Of a stretch of DNA of 64,000 nucleotides, positions 21,207 to 31,045 are shown piece by piece; positions within the stretch are counted from its first letter, which is position 1, and every line of letters starts with the position of its first letter. Origin of the DNA: Candidatus Marinacidobacterales bacterium (GTDB lineage: Bacteria; Acidobacteriota; Vicinamibacteria; Marinacidobacterales; DATDRI01); contig CBDCNP010000001.1 of NCBI GenBank assembly GCA_965219415.1, forward strand, positions 64,001 through 128,000, in the 5' to 3' direction. The position numbers were made by a program, and so were the translations under genes. The notes below the pieces were generated by a model. It had not been told where the DNA came from. It worked only from the letters and a program-made list of their open reading frames with translations, and searched no databases.

Positions 21207-22293
21207 TGCCTTGGTGCACAACTCTCGATCTCGGTCCACAATTGTCCTGTACTCGCGGATACGAGGTTCCCCATGAGCATTTTCAAACGCACTCAGCGGA
21301 AGTATGTGAAGAAGGCCTATCGCGTGAGGAATTGGCGTGAATATGAGGCGGGTCTACGCAACCGCGGGAGCCTGACCGTCTGGATCTCGCTCACCGCCGG
21401 CAAGCTTGTGAACTGGGACGCGCCCCGGCCAAGGAGGAGGAAACCGGGCCGTCAACGCAAGTACTCGAACCACGCCATCGAGACGGCTGTCACCCTGGGC
21501 ATGGTGTTTCATCTGTCATCTAGGCAGAGCGAGGGATTGCTGCGGTCGTTGTTCGCTCTGATGAAGCTAGACAGTGATGTGCCCGATCACACCACGATCT
21601 CGAGGCGCAAGCCGAAGCTGGGTAAGGTCCCCTTCTACCCAGTCAAGCAGAAGACGCCGTTGCACATCTTGTTCGACAGCAGCGGTCTCGCTGTCCACGC
21701 CGGCCAGCTGCGCAGAGCACAAAAGAGCAGGGACTATCGCAAGCTCCATCTGTGTGTCGACGAGCAGAGTGGCGAAGTCGTCGCCGGCGAGCTGACGAGC
21801 AAAAGAGCCCGCGATTCATCGCGGGTTGCATCGCTTGTCGGACAGATCGACAGTCCCATCTCATCGGCCAGAGCTGACACCGCATACGACGCCGGCGGCG
21901 TCTATGAGGCAATCGAGAATCACAGCGCTCATCGCTCGCCGAGGGTGCTGATACCGCCGCGCAAGGGCGCCCTGCTCGCATCGGGGCCGGCGAGCAGCCG
22001 ACAGCGCAATCGCAACATTGCAGCACAAGCTCGGCTCGGCAAACGAAAGTGGCACACAGAATCGGGCTACAGCAAACGGAGCAAAGTCGAGACAACGTTC
22101 CATCGCTACAAGGCTATCGTGGGCTCAGCGATGCGAGCGAGAGGGTTGGCGGCACAGAGAGGTGAGGCAAGGATCGGGTGCAAGATTCTCAACACCATGA
22201 CGGCGCTCGGGATGCCTGATAGCGAGATGATCGGATGATGGGAGTCGGGGCCAAGCGAGCTCTCGGCCTCTATCGGAGTTGTGCACCAAGGCA
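21207..22293 (+). mobile_element. IS5-family (IS903-like) element, copy 1
   Basis: IRs TGCCTTGGTGCACAACTC / GAGTTGTGCACCAAGGCA. Confidence 0.92.
21273..22238 (+). CDS. IS5-family transposase
   Basis: NWREYEAGLRNRGSLT, DSSGL, ADTAYD and YSKRSKVET motifs. Confidence 0.92.
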   Translation: MSIFKRTQRKYVKKAYRVRNWREYEAGLRNRGSLTVWISLTAGKLVNWDAPRPRRRKPGRQRKYSNHAIETAVTLGMVFHLSSRQSEGLLRSLFALMKLDSDVPDHTTISRRKPKLGKVPFYPVKQKTPLHILFDSSGLAVHAGQLRRAQKSRDYRKLHLCVDEQSGEVVAGELTSKRARDSSRVASLVGQIDSPISSARADTAYDAGGVYEAIENHSAHRSPRVLIPPRKGALLASGPASSRQRNRNIAAQARLGKRKWHTESGYSKRSKVETTFHRYKAIVGSAMRARGLAAQRGEARIGCKILNTMTALGMPDSEMIG

Positions 22294-22644
22294 CGTGTTG
22301 GCCGAGACTCCCACCGGTGGACGGAGGTCGAACATCATCCATCGGCGCTCGACGATTCACGGAAACCCGCATCTCTGCTTGACACGCCTCTATCGCGAGC
22401 TCGCCATGGGCCGCCAAATGCGGGTGGGCGTCCCCGGGACAAGCACACGACTCCGTACCGACCAAGCCTAGACACCTCTAATCCGAAACGTCCCGGTGCA
22501 CCTGTCTGGAGTTGCTTTCTCTTTTTTTGGACACGACGGGCAGAGATGAGAGCGCGAACAAACGACGAAATCATGCAGGCATGGTGCCGGCAGACCGGAG
22601 ACCGATCAAGTTCGGTGCGCGCGGATGAATAAATGGAAGGCACA
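22294..22644 (-). repeat. 351-bp inverted repeat, right arm
   Basis: Reverse complement of 19061-19411; inner edge cut by IS5. Confidence 0.92.
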
Positions 22645-22649
22645 GGATG

Positions 22650-22864
22650 CACGCCGAACTCGCCCTCGAGAACGCCGCAATCAAGGATGTTCTAAGCCGA
22701 AAACGGTAACGCCGACCGCACGTCGTCAGGCCATTGACGTCCTGACGACAGAGCATCGGCTCTCGGGGTCGAGGCATCCCTGTTCACGGAGGCGCGCAAC
22801 CCGCTCTCTCCCGACATCGTGCCTCTGCCCGCAGCCGCTAGCAAAACTTGATAGCGGAAGAACC
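22650..22864 (+). mobile_element. IS3 (IS407-like) orfA/B junction fragment followed by IS1 right end
   Basis: ELALENAAIKDVLSRK / VTPTARRQA, then sequence similar to 4710-4811 ending GCGGAAGAACC. Confidence 0.65.
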
Positions 22865-22866
22865 CG

Positions 22867-23301
22867 TCAACCACCAATCCCGTCGGCGGTGATGTAGGCT
22901 TCGAGTGACCCCACCTCGTCCGAGAGCTTCTCGATAGTCTGTTTCATCAGAGGCTTCGTTGTGGCGAGGCCCACAACCTTCGATTCGGAGTCGATGACCG
23001 GGATGTGGTTGAAGGGTCGTGCCACCATCATCTTCAGAGCGTCACCCAGCTCGGTGTCCTGGGAGAGGACTTCGACCGGCGACGTCATGACCGACGAGAT
23101 CCGAGTCGACTCGAGAGACAGCTTCTCGAGCACCACGCGCTCGATGGCATCTCGGCGCGTGAACATGCCAGCGGCCTCCTCGTTCTCAAGCACCACGACC
23201 GCGCCGACTTTCTCTTTCGTCATCAATTCAAGCGCTTCTTTGACCGAAGCGAGGGCTGGGACGATGACGGCGGGTCTCCGACAGAGGCGATAAATCTTCA
23301 T
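22867..23301 (-). CDS. CBS-domain pair protein
   Basis: ALELMTKEKVGAVVV...GMFTRRD, VMTSPV and HIPVID motifs. Confidence 0.88.
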   Translation of the reverse strand: MKIYRLCRRPAVIVPALASVKEALELMTKEKVGAVVVLENEEAAGMFTRRDAIERVVLEKLSLESTRISSVMTSPVEVLSQDTELGDALKMMVARPFNHIPVIDSESKVVGLATTKPLMKQTIEKLSDEVGSLEAYITADGIGG

Positions 23302-23328
23302 CGCGAATCCCCAGGGAAAGGATGCGCT

Positions 23329-23357
23329 ATCGTAGCGAATCCGGAAACTACTGTCAA
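23329..23357 (-). promoter_or_regulatory. Sigma70-like promoter of CBS gene
   Basis: TTGACA-N17-TACGAT on the minus strand, about 30 bp upstream of ATG. Confidence 0.55.
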
Positions 23358-23510
23358 GTTGAGGCATTCAGGGCCGACCGCGTCGTGTCCAAAAACACAA
23401 ACGAACTCAAGCCCGGCGCGCCGGGCCGTTTCGGATTAGCTCTACGTCCCGAACTCTCGGTCGACGAACCGCGTCGTGTCCGAAAATGCGAACGGAGCCG
23501 AAATCTCGAA

Positions 23511-23681
23511 TGGGCCGGGCTCGCTGAACTCCTCGGCGATCACGAGAGTGTCAGGTGACACCTCAGTCACTTGATCCCGCAACAACCTCTGCAGGTCCGC
23601 CCGCTCTCCGAGACCAGCTGTGCCGAAGGACGTTTCCTCGACCTTTCTCAACTTGTCTGCGCTCACTTCGTAGATGGCCAT
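23511..23681 (-). pseudogene. NucS/DUF91-like endonuclease 5' stump
   Basis: MAIYEV...SFGTAGLGERADLQRLLRDQ...LVIAEEF; cut by a type A right-end remnant. Confidence 0.6.
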
Positions 23682-23745
23682 GGATTTCTAGAGGCATTTT
23701 AAAGCAGCCTGCTGCTAGAATGCTCGCGATGTCGAGAGGGTAAAG

Positions 23746-24114
23746 ATGAACAAGAAGCTCGTTGGGTACTGGGTGACGACCGCTTTGTTCTGCTTGGTCA
23801 TGACGGCCGACGGCGTCGCGAGCCTGCTGCGTATCGAGCAGCAGCAAGCCATCATGGAAGTCCTCGGCTACCCGCCATATCTGATGACGCTCCTCGGCAT
23901 CCTCAAGCTCCTGGGAGTCGTCGCTCTTCTCGCACCTGGTTTCGCGCGTCTCAAGGAGTGGGCCTACGCTGGATTCAGTTTCGACCTCATTGGAGCCGCG
24001 TTCTCGTTTGCCGCGGCGGGAGATCCGACCCCGGCGGGCATCGCGCCTCCCTTACTCATCCTGGCCGTGGTAGCTGTGTCCTACGTCCTGCGACCCGAGT
24101 CGCGGCGGCTCTGA
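23746..24114 (+). CDS. DoxX-like family membrane protein
   Basis: LGYPPYL...LGILKLLG...LKEWAYAGF. Confidence 0.9.
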   Translation: MNKKLVGYWVTTALFCLVMTADGVASLLRIEQQQAIMEVLGYPPYLMTLLGILKLLGVVALLAPGFARLKEWAYAGFSFDLIGAAFSFAAAGDPTPAGIAPPLLILAVVAVSYVLRPESRRL

Positions 24115-24203
24115 CCACTGTCTCGGCGCTCGCTTCGACGCCGTCCAGCCGCTAGAATTTTCCCTCCACCCGATTCCGCCGATCTTCTTTTTTGCGGATC
24201 ACA

Positions 24204-24630
24204 CCAGAAAAAGACAGTCCAGCCGTGCATGAAGTCGAGATCCTCTCGGCCCACCCAGTTGCTGAGAGGTCCGATCGCCGCGAGATACTGGCCGAGACTG
24301 GTCACGGTGCCGGTGACAATGTCGAGCGTCGTCGGTCCGACCGTCAGCATGAACGCCAGCAGTAGCAGGGCGAGCAGCAGGTTGGCCTCTCTCAGCCGCT
24401 TGACCCCCTTCTCCTCCCGCTAACAACCGACGCCAACGCCATGCTGGTAATGCCGACGATCAGCAGCACCTGGGTGGTGGTGGTGTTGGTCGCCGGCGCG
24501 CCCAACAGGTGGGCCAGCCCCGCCGCCGCCTGTTGGGCACCCAGGCCGAGCGACGTGGCCAGCCCAAAGAGCGTGGCGAAGACGGCGAGGGTGTCGATGC
24601 CGTGGCCGAACCGGCCCCACACCGCATCCC
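24204..24630 (-). pseudogene. BCCT (betaine/carnitine/choline) transporter internal fragment
   Basis: IDTLAVFATLFGLATSLGLGAQQ and WTVFFW; bounded exactly by E and C ends; frameshifted. Confidence 0.85.
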
Positions 24631-24793
24631 TGTCCCTTCCATAAACTCGAGCTGCATGAGATTGGCGAACTGCCTGCAACCAGGATGCTAGGGTCGTCTT
24701 CATGTAGGACGTTTTAAGAGCCGGCGTCGGCTCTACTCAGGGGTAGAGGTGTAAGCTGGTGCGAAGTCCGGCAGCCGTTCCGAGCGGATCGGC

Positions 24794-25813
24794 TCAAGCA
24801 GCGCGTCGAGTGTAATGATGATGGAGACCACCGACCTTTGGAATGGCTCTCACTTTGCCCATCGCCGGTGACTCTACCCGGCGAGGCTCGGGCGTGTCCT
24901 TCTCAAGCGACAAATGAGTCCGGCACGAATGATAGTAGTCGACGTATTTGCGTAGGATTCGCCTCAGGTGCCGCTCGTCGAGGACGATCACATAGTCGAG
25001 ACACTCACCTCGAATGGAGCCGAGCATCCTTTCGACCAATGGATTCTGCCACGGGGAGCGCGGTGCGGTAAGGACCTGCTCCATCCCAAGACCGTCGACG
25101 CGACTGTTGAAGTACGCTCCGTAGGTCTGGTCTCGACCCCGTACCAGGTACTGAGGCGCCGTGTCCCATGGAAAAGCATCGACCATTTGCTGCGCCGTCC
25201 ACTCGGCAGAAGGATGTTCGGTGACATGGAAATGAACGATACGGCGACGCTCGTGGCGAAGGACGATGAAGACGAACAGAACTCTGAAGGTTGCGGTCGG
25301 CAAAGTGAAAAAGTCGAGCGACACCAAGTCCTTTGCATGATTATCGAGAAAGCTCCGCCAAGTATGGGACGGTGGTGTGCGATGGCGAACCATATACTTG
25401 GAGACGGCAGCCTGGGAAATGGAGATGCCCAGCTTCGCCAGCTCGCCATGCACGCGGGGAGCTCCCCAGAGTGGGTTGGCCCTGCTCATGTTCCGTATCA
25501 GCTCACGTATTTCGGGAGCGACGCCTGGTCGTCCAGGCCTACGCCGTCGGCTCTTCCAAGTCCAATATCGTCTGAATCCACAACGGTGCCAGCGGACGAC
25601 CGTCTCAGGTTTCACGATGACGAGGACGCTCTCCCAGTCAGTCCAGATTCTGCGCAACAGCACCCAAAACCCGCGGTCGACCTTCGAGAGCCGCGGCCGT
25701 TTCACGGACCGGCGGAGGACGGCGAGCTGCTGCCGAAGAGCGACATTCTCGAGAGCCAGCTCGCGACGAGCCTTGAAAGCAGAGATGAGAGCGGGAACCA
25801 ATGACGAAATCAT
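24794..25813 (-). CDS. Integrase-core (rve) DDE transposase, probably inactive (RDRD to RGRD)
   Basis: NPLWGAPRVHGEL HTH, SLDFFT, YLVRGRD and NPLVER motifs; the second copy retains RDRD. Confidence 0.88.
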   Translation of the reverse strand: MISSLVPALISAFKARRELALENVALRQQLAVLRRSVKRPRLSKVDRGFWVLLRRIWTDWESVLVIVKPETVVRWHRCGFRRYWTWKSRRRRPGRPGVAPEIRELIRNMSRANPLWGAPRVHGELAKLGISISQAAVSKYMVRHRTPPSHTWRSFLDNHAKDLVSLDFFTLPTATFRVLFVFIVLRHERRRIVHFHVTEHPSAEWTAQQMVDAFPWDTAPQYLVRGRDQTYGAYFNSRVDGLGMEQVLTAPRSPWQNPLVERMLGSIRGECLDYVIVLDERHLRRILRKYVDYYHSCRTHLSLEKDTPEPRRVESPAMGKVRAIPKVGGLHHHYTRRAA

Positions 25814-25874
25814 GCCGGCATAGTGCTGGCAGACCGGAGACTAATCAAGTTCGGTGCGCGCGGATGAATAAATA

Positions 25875-27259
25875 GGGTCTACGCGGATTCGTGTGGGTTG
25901 AAAACTGCATTTCTGGGTAATAGCGGAAGGAAAGCCGCCACGATCTTCAGCTTGAGATATTCCTCGTCGCGATAGCCGTAGGCGCGTCGTTGCAGAACAC
26001 GGATTTTGTTGTTGACCCCTTCAACTAGGCCGAGACTGACTTTGTTCTCCGGATGACAGTAGGAGGCGATACCATCCCAATGGGACTCAATCATACCGGC
26101 GAACTTCTGGTACGGATGCAGGCGTTGCCATTTGAGGCTGTCTTTTCCAACGGGTGAAAAAGGCGCGAGCGCCGCGTTCGGTGCGGTAATCCCAGAGTTG
26201 CCCGAAGGCCTCCTTCAAAATATAGGCGGTGTTCAGGCGCCGGTTGGCCTGGAGCAACTTTTTGAGTGCGCGGCAACCGTCTAGGCTCAGGTTCTCCCGC
26301 CGGGAAAGCAAAGTGTAACGCTGCCCCTTGATGTACGACCGGTCCTTGCCGCTGAGGCGTTTGTACTCACCGCGCCGGACCTCATCGAGGGCCTTTGACA
26401 GATGACGCATGATATGAAACTTGTCGAAGATGATCCGCGCATTAGGCGCGTTGTGAATCACCGAGTTCCGGAAGGGCTTCCACATATCCATGGCGGCCAG
26501 CTTGATACGGGCGCTTTTCTTTCCGCCCAGCGCCTTGAAGAACAAATCGATGTCGGTTTCTTTGCGACCCTCACCGCCCACCCAGATGGGACGCGCCCGC
26601 TCCAGGTCGCTGACAATGACGCGATAGTTATGTCCCTTGCGGATGGAGATCTCATCGACACCGATGGCCCGAGGCGCCGGTAGCCCCGCCCGGTCGACCT
26701 GCTCTTGCATGTAGAGCGTATCCAGAGCCTTCACCGTACCGTGGTGCAGACGTTCCATCTCGGCCACCGCCTTGTTCGGCATATCCCGGCACAGCTTGCC
26801 CACATGCGTCGCAAAACGCTGGGTGTAGCGCGAGTTGTTCGCCAGCCAGTCTAGGTGTTCTACATGCACACCGCCGCACCCAGAACAGTTGACGCGCCAA
26901 CGCTCGTATTCCAGATAGATCCGCCAGCCTGCCAACGACAGGTCGCGGACCCGGCACACTTGCTTGTCACAGCGCCCCCGGCACCGTTGCCCACAGTAAG
27001 AGCACACAGCTGTTTTTTTCGCCTCTTGAGCTGGATGACACGGGCGTATCGGTCACCGAATAGACCCTTCAATCCGGCACCAACCACGAAACCTGGCAGC
27101 GCAAACAGCGAGCGGATCGACTGGGAATTTTTCACTCGGTTAGCCTATCCTAAAAATGGACCACTTTTCAGCACCTGATGAAGTACTCGATACCTTTTCC
27201 ACACAATGAGTTACACTGTTTTTCCGTCAGAACTTACCCACACGAATCCGCGTAAACCC
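25875..27259 (-). mobile_element. ISL3-family element, 1385 bp, 8-bp target duplication AATAAATA
   Basis: IRs GGGTCTACGCGGATTCGTGTGGG / CCCACACGAATCCGCGTAAACCC. Confidence 0.95.
25879..27135 (-). pseudogene. ISL3 transposase split over three frames
   Basis: Zn finger, IGVDE, MDMW, DKFHI and VEGVNNKI motifs; A7 slippery site near 27015 and a further shift near 26140. Confidence 0.88.
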
Positions 27260-27622
27260 AATAAATAGAAGGCACACCCGACGGATAGAGGCGTTAAGAT
27301 CTACACAGGGGTTTCCCCGCGCACTTGGAAGCGCACCAAGGTCAGCAGTCTGGTCGCAGCTCCGACGACAACCCAGGAACTCAGGGACGACGACTCCTCG
27401 ACCCTCAGCCACGCGGCCAGTGTCGCGGCAGCCAGCCCGAAGGCAATGCCGTGAGCCATGCCGGGCTGTACGCGGTATGATGCTCGGTGCCGACCTCTCC
27501 GCATCATCGACAGGTCCCATTCCAGAGTCCGCATCCGAACTCGTCGAGTCGGTCTATGGAGGAACGGTGAAATGGTACTGCGATGGGCTGCCCGCAGGAA
27601 ACGCTAGAGAGAGAACCTTACT

Positions 27623-27737
27623 GTGCTTAAGGCGGAGTTGCGAGCTAAGATGTTCCAGCTCGATCCTGACTGGGCCAAAGTGGAGGACATTCTGACAGGT
27701 GACTTGTTCGGAGCACTCGACTACCTACCGCGTAATC
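27623..27737 (+). pseudogene. Possible PD-(D/E)XK nuclease 5' stump
   Basis: VLKAELRAK...VEDILTGDLFGALDYLPR, cut by an IS3-type end at 27738. Confidence 0.45.
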
Positions 27738-27806
27738 TGAACCGCCCCGGGCTTTCCGGAGACTGTTTGAGTTGAGTCTCGCTATCTGGGGCGAGCCTTC
27801 CTGCGA

Positions 27807-28573
27807 ACCAATGGATTCTGCCACGGGGAGCGCGGTGCGGTAAGGACCTGCTCGATCCCGAGACCGTCGACGCGAGTGTCGAAGTACGCTCCGTAGGTCT
27901 GGTCTCGATCCCGTACCAAGTACCGAGGCACCGTGTCCCATGGAAAAGCATTGACCATTTGCTGCGCCGTCCACTCAGCAGAAGGATGTTCGGTGACATG
28001 GAAATGAACGATACGGCGACGGTCGTGGCGCATGATTATCGAGAAAGCTCCGCCAAGTATGGGACGGTGGTGTGCGATGACGAACCATATACTTGGAGAC
28101 GGCAGCCTGGGAAATGGAGATGCCCAGCTTCGCCAGCTCGCCATGCACGCGGGGAGCTCCCCAGAGAGGGTTGGCCCTGCTCATGTTCCGTATCAGCTCA
28201 CGTATTTCGGGAGCGACGCTTGGTCGTCCAGGCCTACGCCGTCGGCTCTTCCAAGTCCAATATCGTCTGAACCCACAACGGTGCCAGCGGACGACCGTCT
28301 CAGGTTTCACGATGACGAGGACGCTCTCCAGTCCAGATTCTGCGCAACAGCACCCAAAACCCGCGGTCGACCTTCGAGAGCCGCGGCCGTTTCACGGACC
28401 GGCGGAGGACGGCAAGCTGCTGCCGAAGAGCGACATTCTCGAGAGCCAGCTCGCGACGAGCCTTGAAGGCAGAGATGAGAGCGGGAACCAACGACGAAAT
28501 CATGCCGGCATGGTGCTGGCAGACCGGAGATTAATCAAGTTCGGTGCGCGCGGATGAATAAATAGAAGGCACA
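27807..28573 (-). mobile_element. Second, internally deleted and truncated copy of type C rve element
   Basis: Colinear with 25035-25874, with deletions and frameshifts; intact left terminus at 28573. Confidence 0.9.
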
Positions 28574-29635
28574 GGGTACCGATCCGTGTGCCACGGGTTC
28601 GGAGCATCGAGGGAGGAGAGATTCCGCTTCGCTGCTACGAGGCGGTGAGCCACGGCGGTGAGGTGAATGATCTTCTGCTGAAACGAGTTCTCTACGGAAT
28701 CTCTTGTCGCAACTACGAGGCGGCAGCGGAAGCGATTCCGGGCGCCATCGGGCTGTCGAGCTCAACGGTGTCCCGAGGGTTCGTGCAAGCGAGCGCTGCG
28801 AAGCTGCGGGAGATGCAGGAACGGGATCTGACCGGCGAGGATGTGGTGGCGCTGTTTCTGGATGGGAAGACATTCGCCGAGGCAACGATGGTCGTGGCTC
28901 TGGCCATCACGCTTTGCGGGGAAAAACGCTTCTTGGGCTTCGTGGAGACGGACACGGAGAACGCGCAGGTGTTGACGCCGTTCCTGCGTTCACTGCTCGA
29001 GCGGGGACTCGATATCTCCCAGGGTCTGCTGGTGATCATCGACGGCGGCAAGGGTCTCCAAGCGGCAGTCAAGAAGGCATTCCGTAAGCGGGCCCTGATA
29101 CAACGCTGCCAGTGGCACAAACGTGAAAACGTAGTGAGCTACCTGTCCAAGGGCGAGCAGGCGTCATGGCGCAAGCGGCTCCAGTGGGCCTACAACAGGC
29201 CGGAGTACGAAGAGGCCCTCACTGCGCTCGAGCAACTCCACGGTGAGTTAGAAGAGCGGAACCAATCCGCAGCTGGCAGCCTGGAGGAAGGCCTCGAGGA
29301 GACGCTGACGTTGCATCGACTCGGCGTGCACGCGGTGCTGGGCCGTTCGTTCAAGACGACGAACTGCCTTGAGTCCGTCAATGCTCTCGTCGAGGAACGC
29401 TGCGCGAAGGTCGACCACTGGAAGAACTCGAGCCAACGCCAGCGCTGGTTGGCAACGGCGCTCGTAGACATCGAACCGCGCTTGAGGAAGGTGGTGGGCT
29501 ACCGCCATCTTCCCAAGCTTCGCGAAGCTCTCAAGAGGGAACTGAAGATCGAGGCGAAGACATCAACCGTATCGAAGAAGAAGGTCGCTCAAACGTGAGC
29601 CGTGGAGAGTTTCAACTAAGAATGGGCTTGACTCC
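28574..29635 (+). mobile_element. IS256-family element, 5' truncated by the type C end
   Basis: Transposase 28588..29598 is paralogous to 5417..6706; right IR TTTCAACTAAGAATGGGCTTGACTCC. Confidence 0.88.
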
Positions 29636-29820
29636 GTCGACGGACTAAACGAAGAAGCGAGGAACGCCGCCTGACTCAGAAAAGTGATCCACAACTCTTG
29701 ACAATATCTCTCCATACACCCAGAAGGGGGGTTTGGCCGCGAGATACACTGAGACTCTGGCCCTTCCGACTAAAGAAATTGGGTCAGTCCTTAACTCTTA
29801 AATAGTGCTGAATAGAGCTG

Positions 29821-30699
29821 CTAGAAGGCTAGACTAAAGGCGACTCCGCCCCAGAGTGTATCGGCTGAGTTTTTGGGATCGCCTGCCGTACCCTTGTAAA
29901 CATCTCTGGGATCTAGATACTGGAGATCGCGGAACTCCCCGAGCAGGGCGCTGTAAGAAACAAAGGCGCTCGCCGACCACTCATCGTTCAGTGTGAACGG
30001 AACACTCACCGTCAGGTTAAAATCGTGAATGCCCGTTTCGGACGCGCCATAGTAGTACTCACCGAAACCGCTATTGGCCAGGGATAACGAAGCGGAGAGG
30101 TCGATGGCCGAGACCACATCGCTATTCGTGGCGAAGGAATGCCCGGCGGCGAGCAGGAAGTAGAAACCCGTGCGTCCCCCATCCTGTCCGGTTTCATTGA
30201 CGTCGATGTAAAACGTTCCCGAGGGCGCCAGCATAATGTTGTCGAACGTCACGCCCGCGTATACCTCAGTGGTCGAGGGCAGCGAGGCGGACCGCTCGGG
30301 AAAAGTATAGAAGATGACTCCTCCATCGATAGAAACGGACTCGAGCGAATGAGAGTAGGAGAACGTGTAGTCGATCTCTGAAAACTTACCCTTCAAGCCG
30401 CTTGCACCATCAGGCGCGAACGGATTCTCGGGTATGGGAAGCGCATCCCCTTCGTTCACCGCCGTGAGATCCAAGCTCCCCCACGCATTGAACGAGAAGT
30501 TGCCGATACCCACCGTCGCGGCCGGCTGGAGACTCCAGTCGTTCGTCAGCCTCTGACCCCGCCAGATGTACTTGCTCGCAAATGCCGCATCGCCACCGAA
30601 CGAGTATATCGAGTCTTGCGCCGGAGCCGCAGGGACGATACTCAGAGAACCCAGGATCAAAGAAAAACTCACTAGGTATAGCCTTAACTTCTCGAACAT
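29821..30699 (-). CDS. Outer-membrane beta-barrel protein (TorF/Gcw_chp-like putative porin)
   Basis: Signal peptide, ASKYIWRG, EIDYTFSY and C-terminal Phe; GAGGAG RBS. Confidence 0.78.
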   Translation of the reverse strand: MFEKLRLYLVSFSLILGSLSIVPAAPAQDSIYSFGGDAAFASKYIWRGQRLTNDWSLQPAATVGIGNFSFNAWGSLDLTAVNEGDALPIPENPFAPDGASGLKGKFSEIDYTFSYSHSLESVSIDGGVIFYTFPERSASLPSTTEVYAGVTFDNIMLAPSGTFYIDVNETGQDGGRTGFYFLLAAGHSFATNSDVVSAIDLSASLSLANSGFGEYYYGASETGIHDFNLTVSVPFTLNDEWSASAFVSYSALLGEFRDLQYLDPRDVYKGTAGDPKNSADTLWGGVAFSLAF

Positions 30700-31045
30700 G
30701 GACACATTTCTCCTCTCGATTCGCAGTCCAAACGAACCTATTGTGTTAAACGAACGTGCCAAGGCGTGCCCCGCCGATGACTTTTCGGCTACTGGCTACT
30801 TGCTCCGCCCTAGATGTCATAGTGAAGAGCGAAATCGGCCGGATGCGGACACAGACGGACATAGTCGACTTCCCGCTCGCTTGAAAGAGTTGCACCTTCC
30901 CTAGTTCCACCCGTCCATGCGATATAGGCGACGACAGGTCTACCGCTCGAGAGCGACAACCGGGCCGATTGCAGCATAGCCATTGCGGCTTACCCTCCCA
31001 ATGTGCAAGTCCACCCTTGTTTTATGCTGTCCCCCACCGGTCCCA

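Larger units (their letters stand above)
24631..27276 (-). mobile_element. Full-length type C rve/DDE element (IS481/IS3-like), left end interrupted by ISL3
   Basis: Imperfect TIRs TGTCCCTTCCATAAACTC / TGTGCCTTCTATTTATTC enclosing a 339-aa transposase. Confidence 0.85.

Noticed and set aside
30740-30775. Sigma54 promoter upstream of the porin (TTGGCACG)
   Set aside because: The -12 GC is not at the required spacing.
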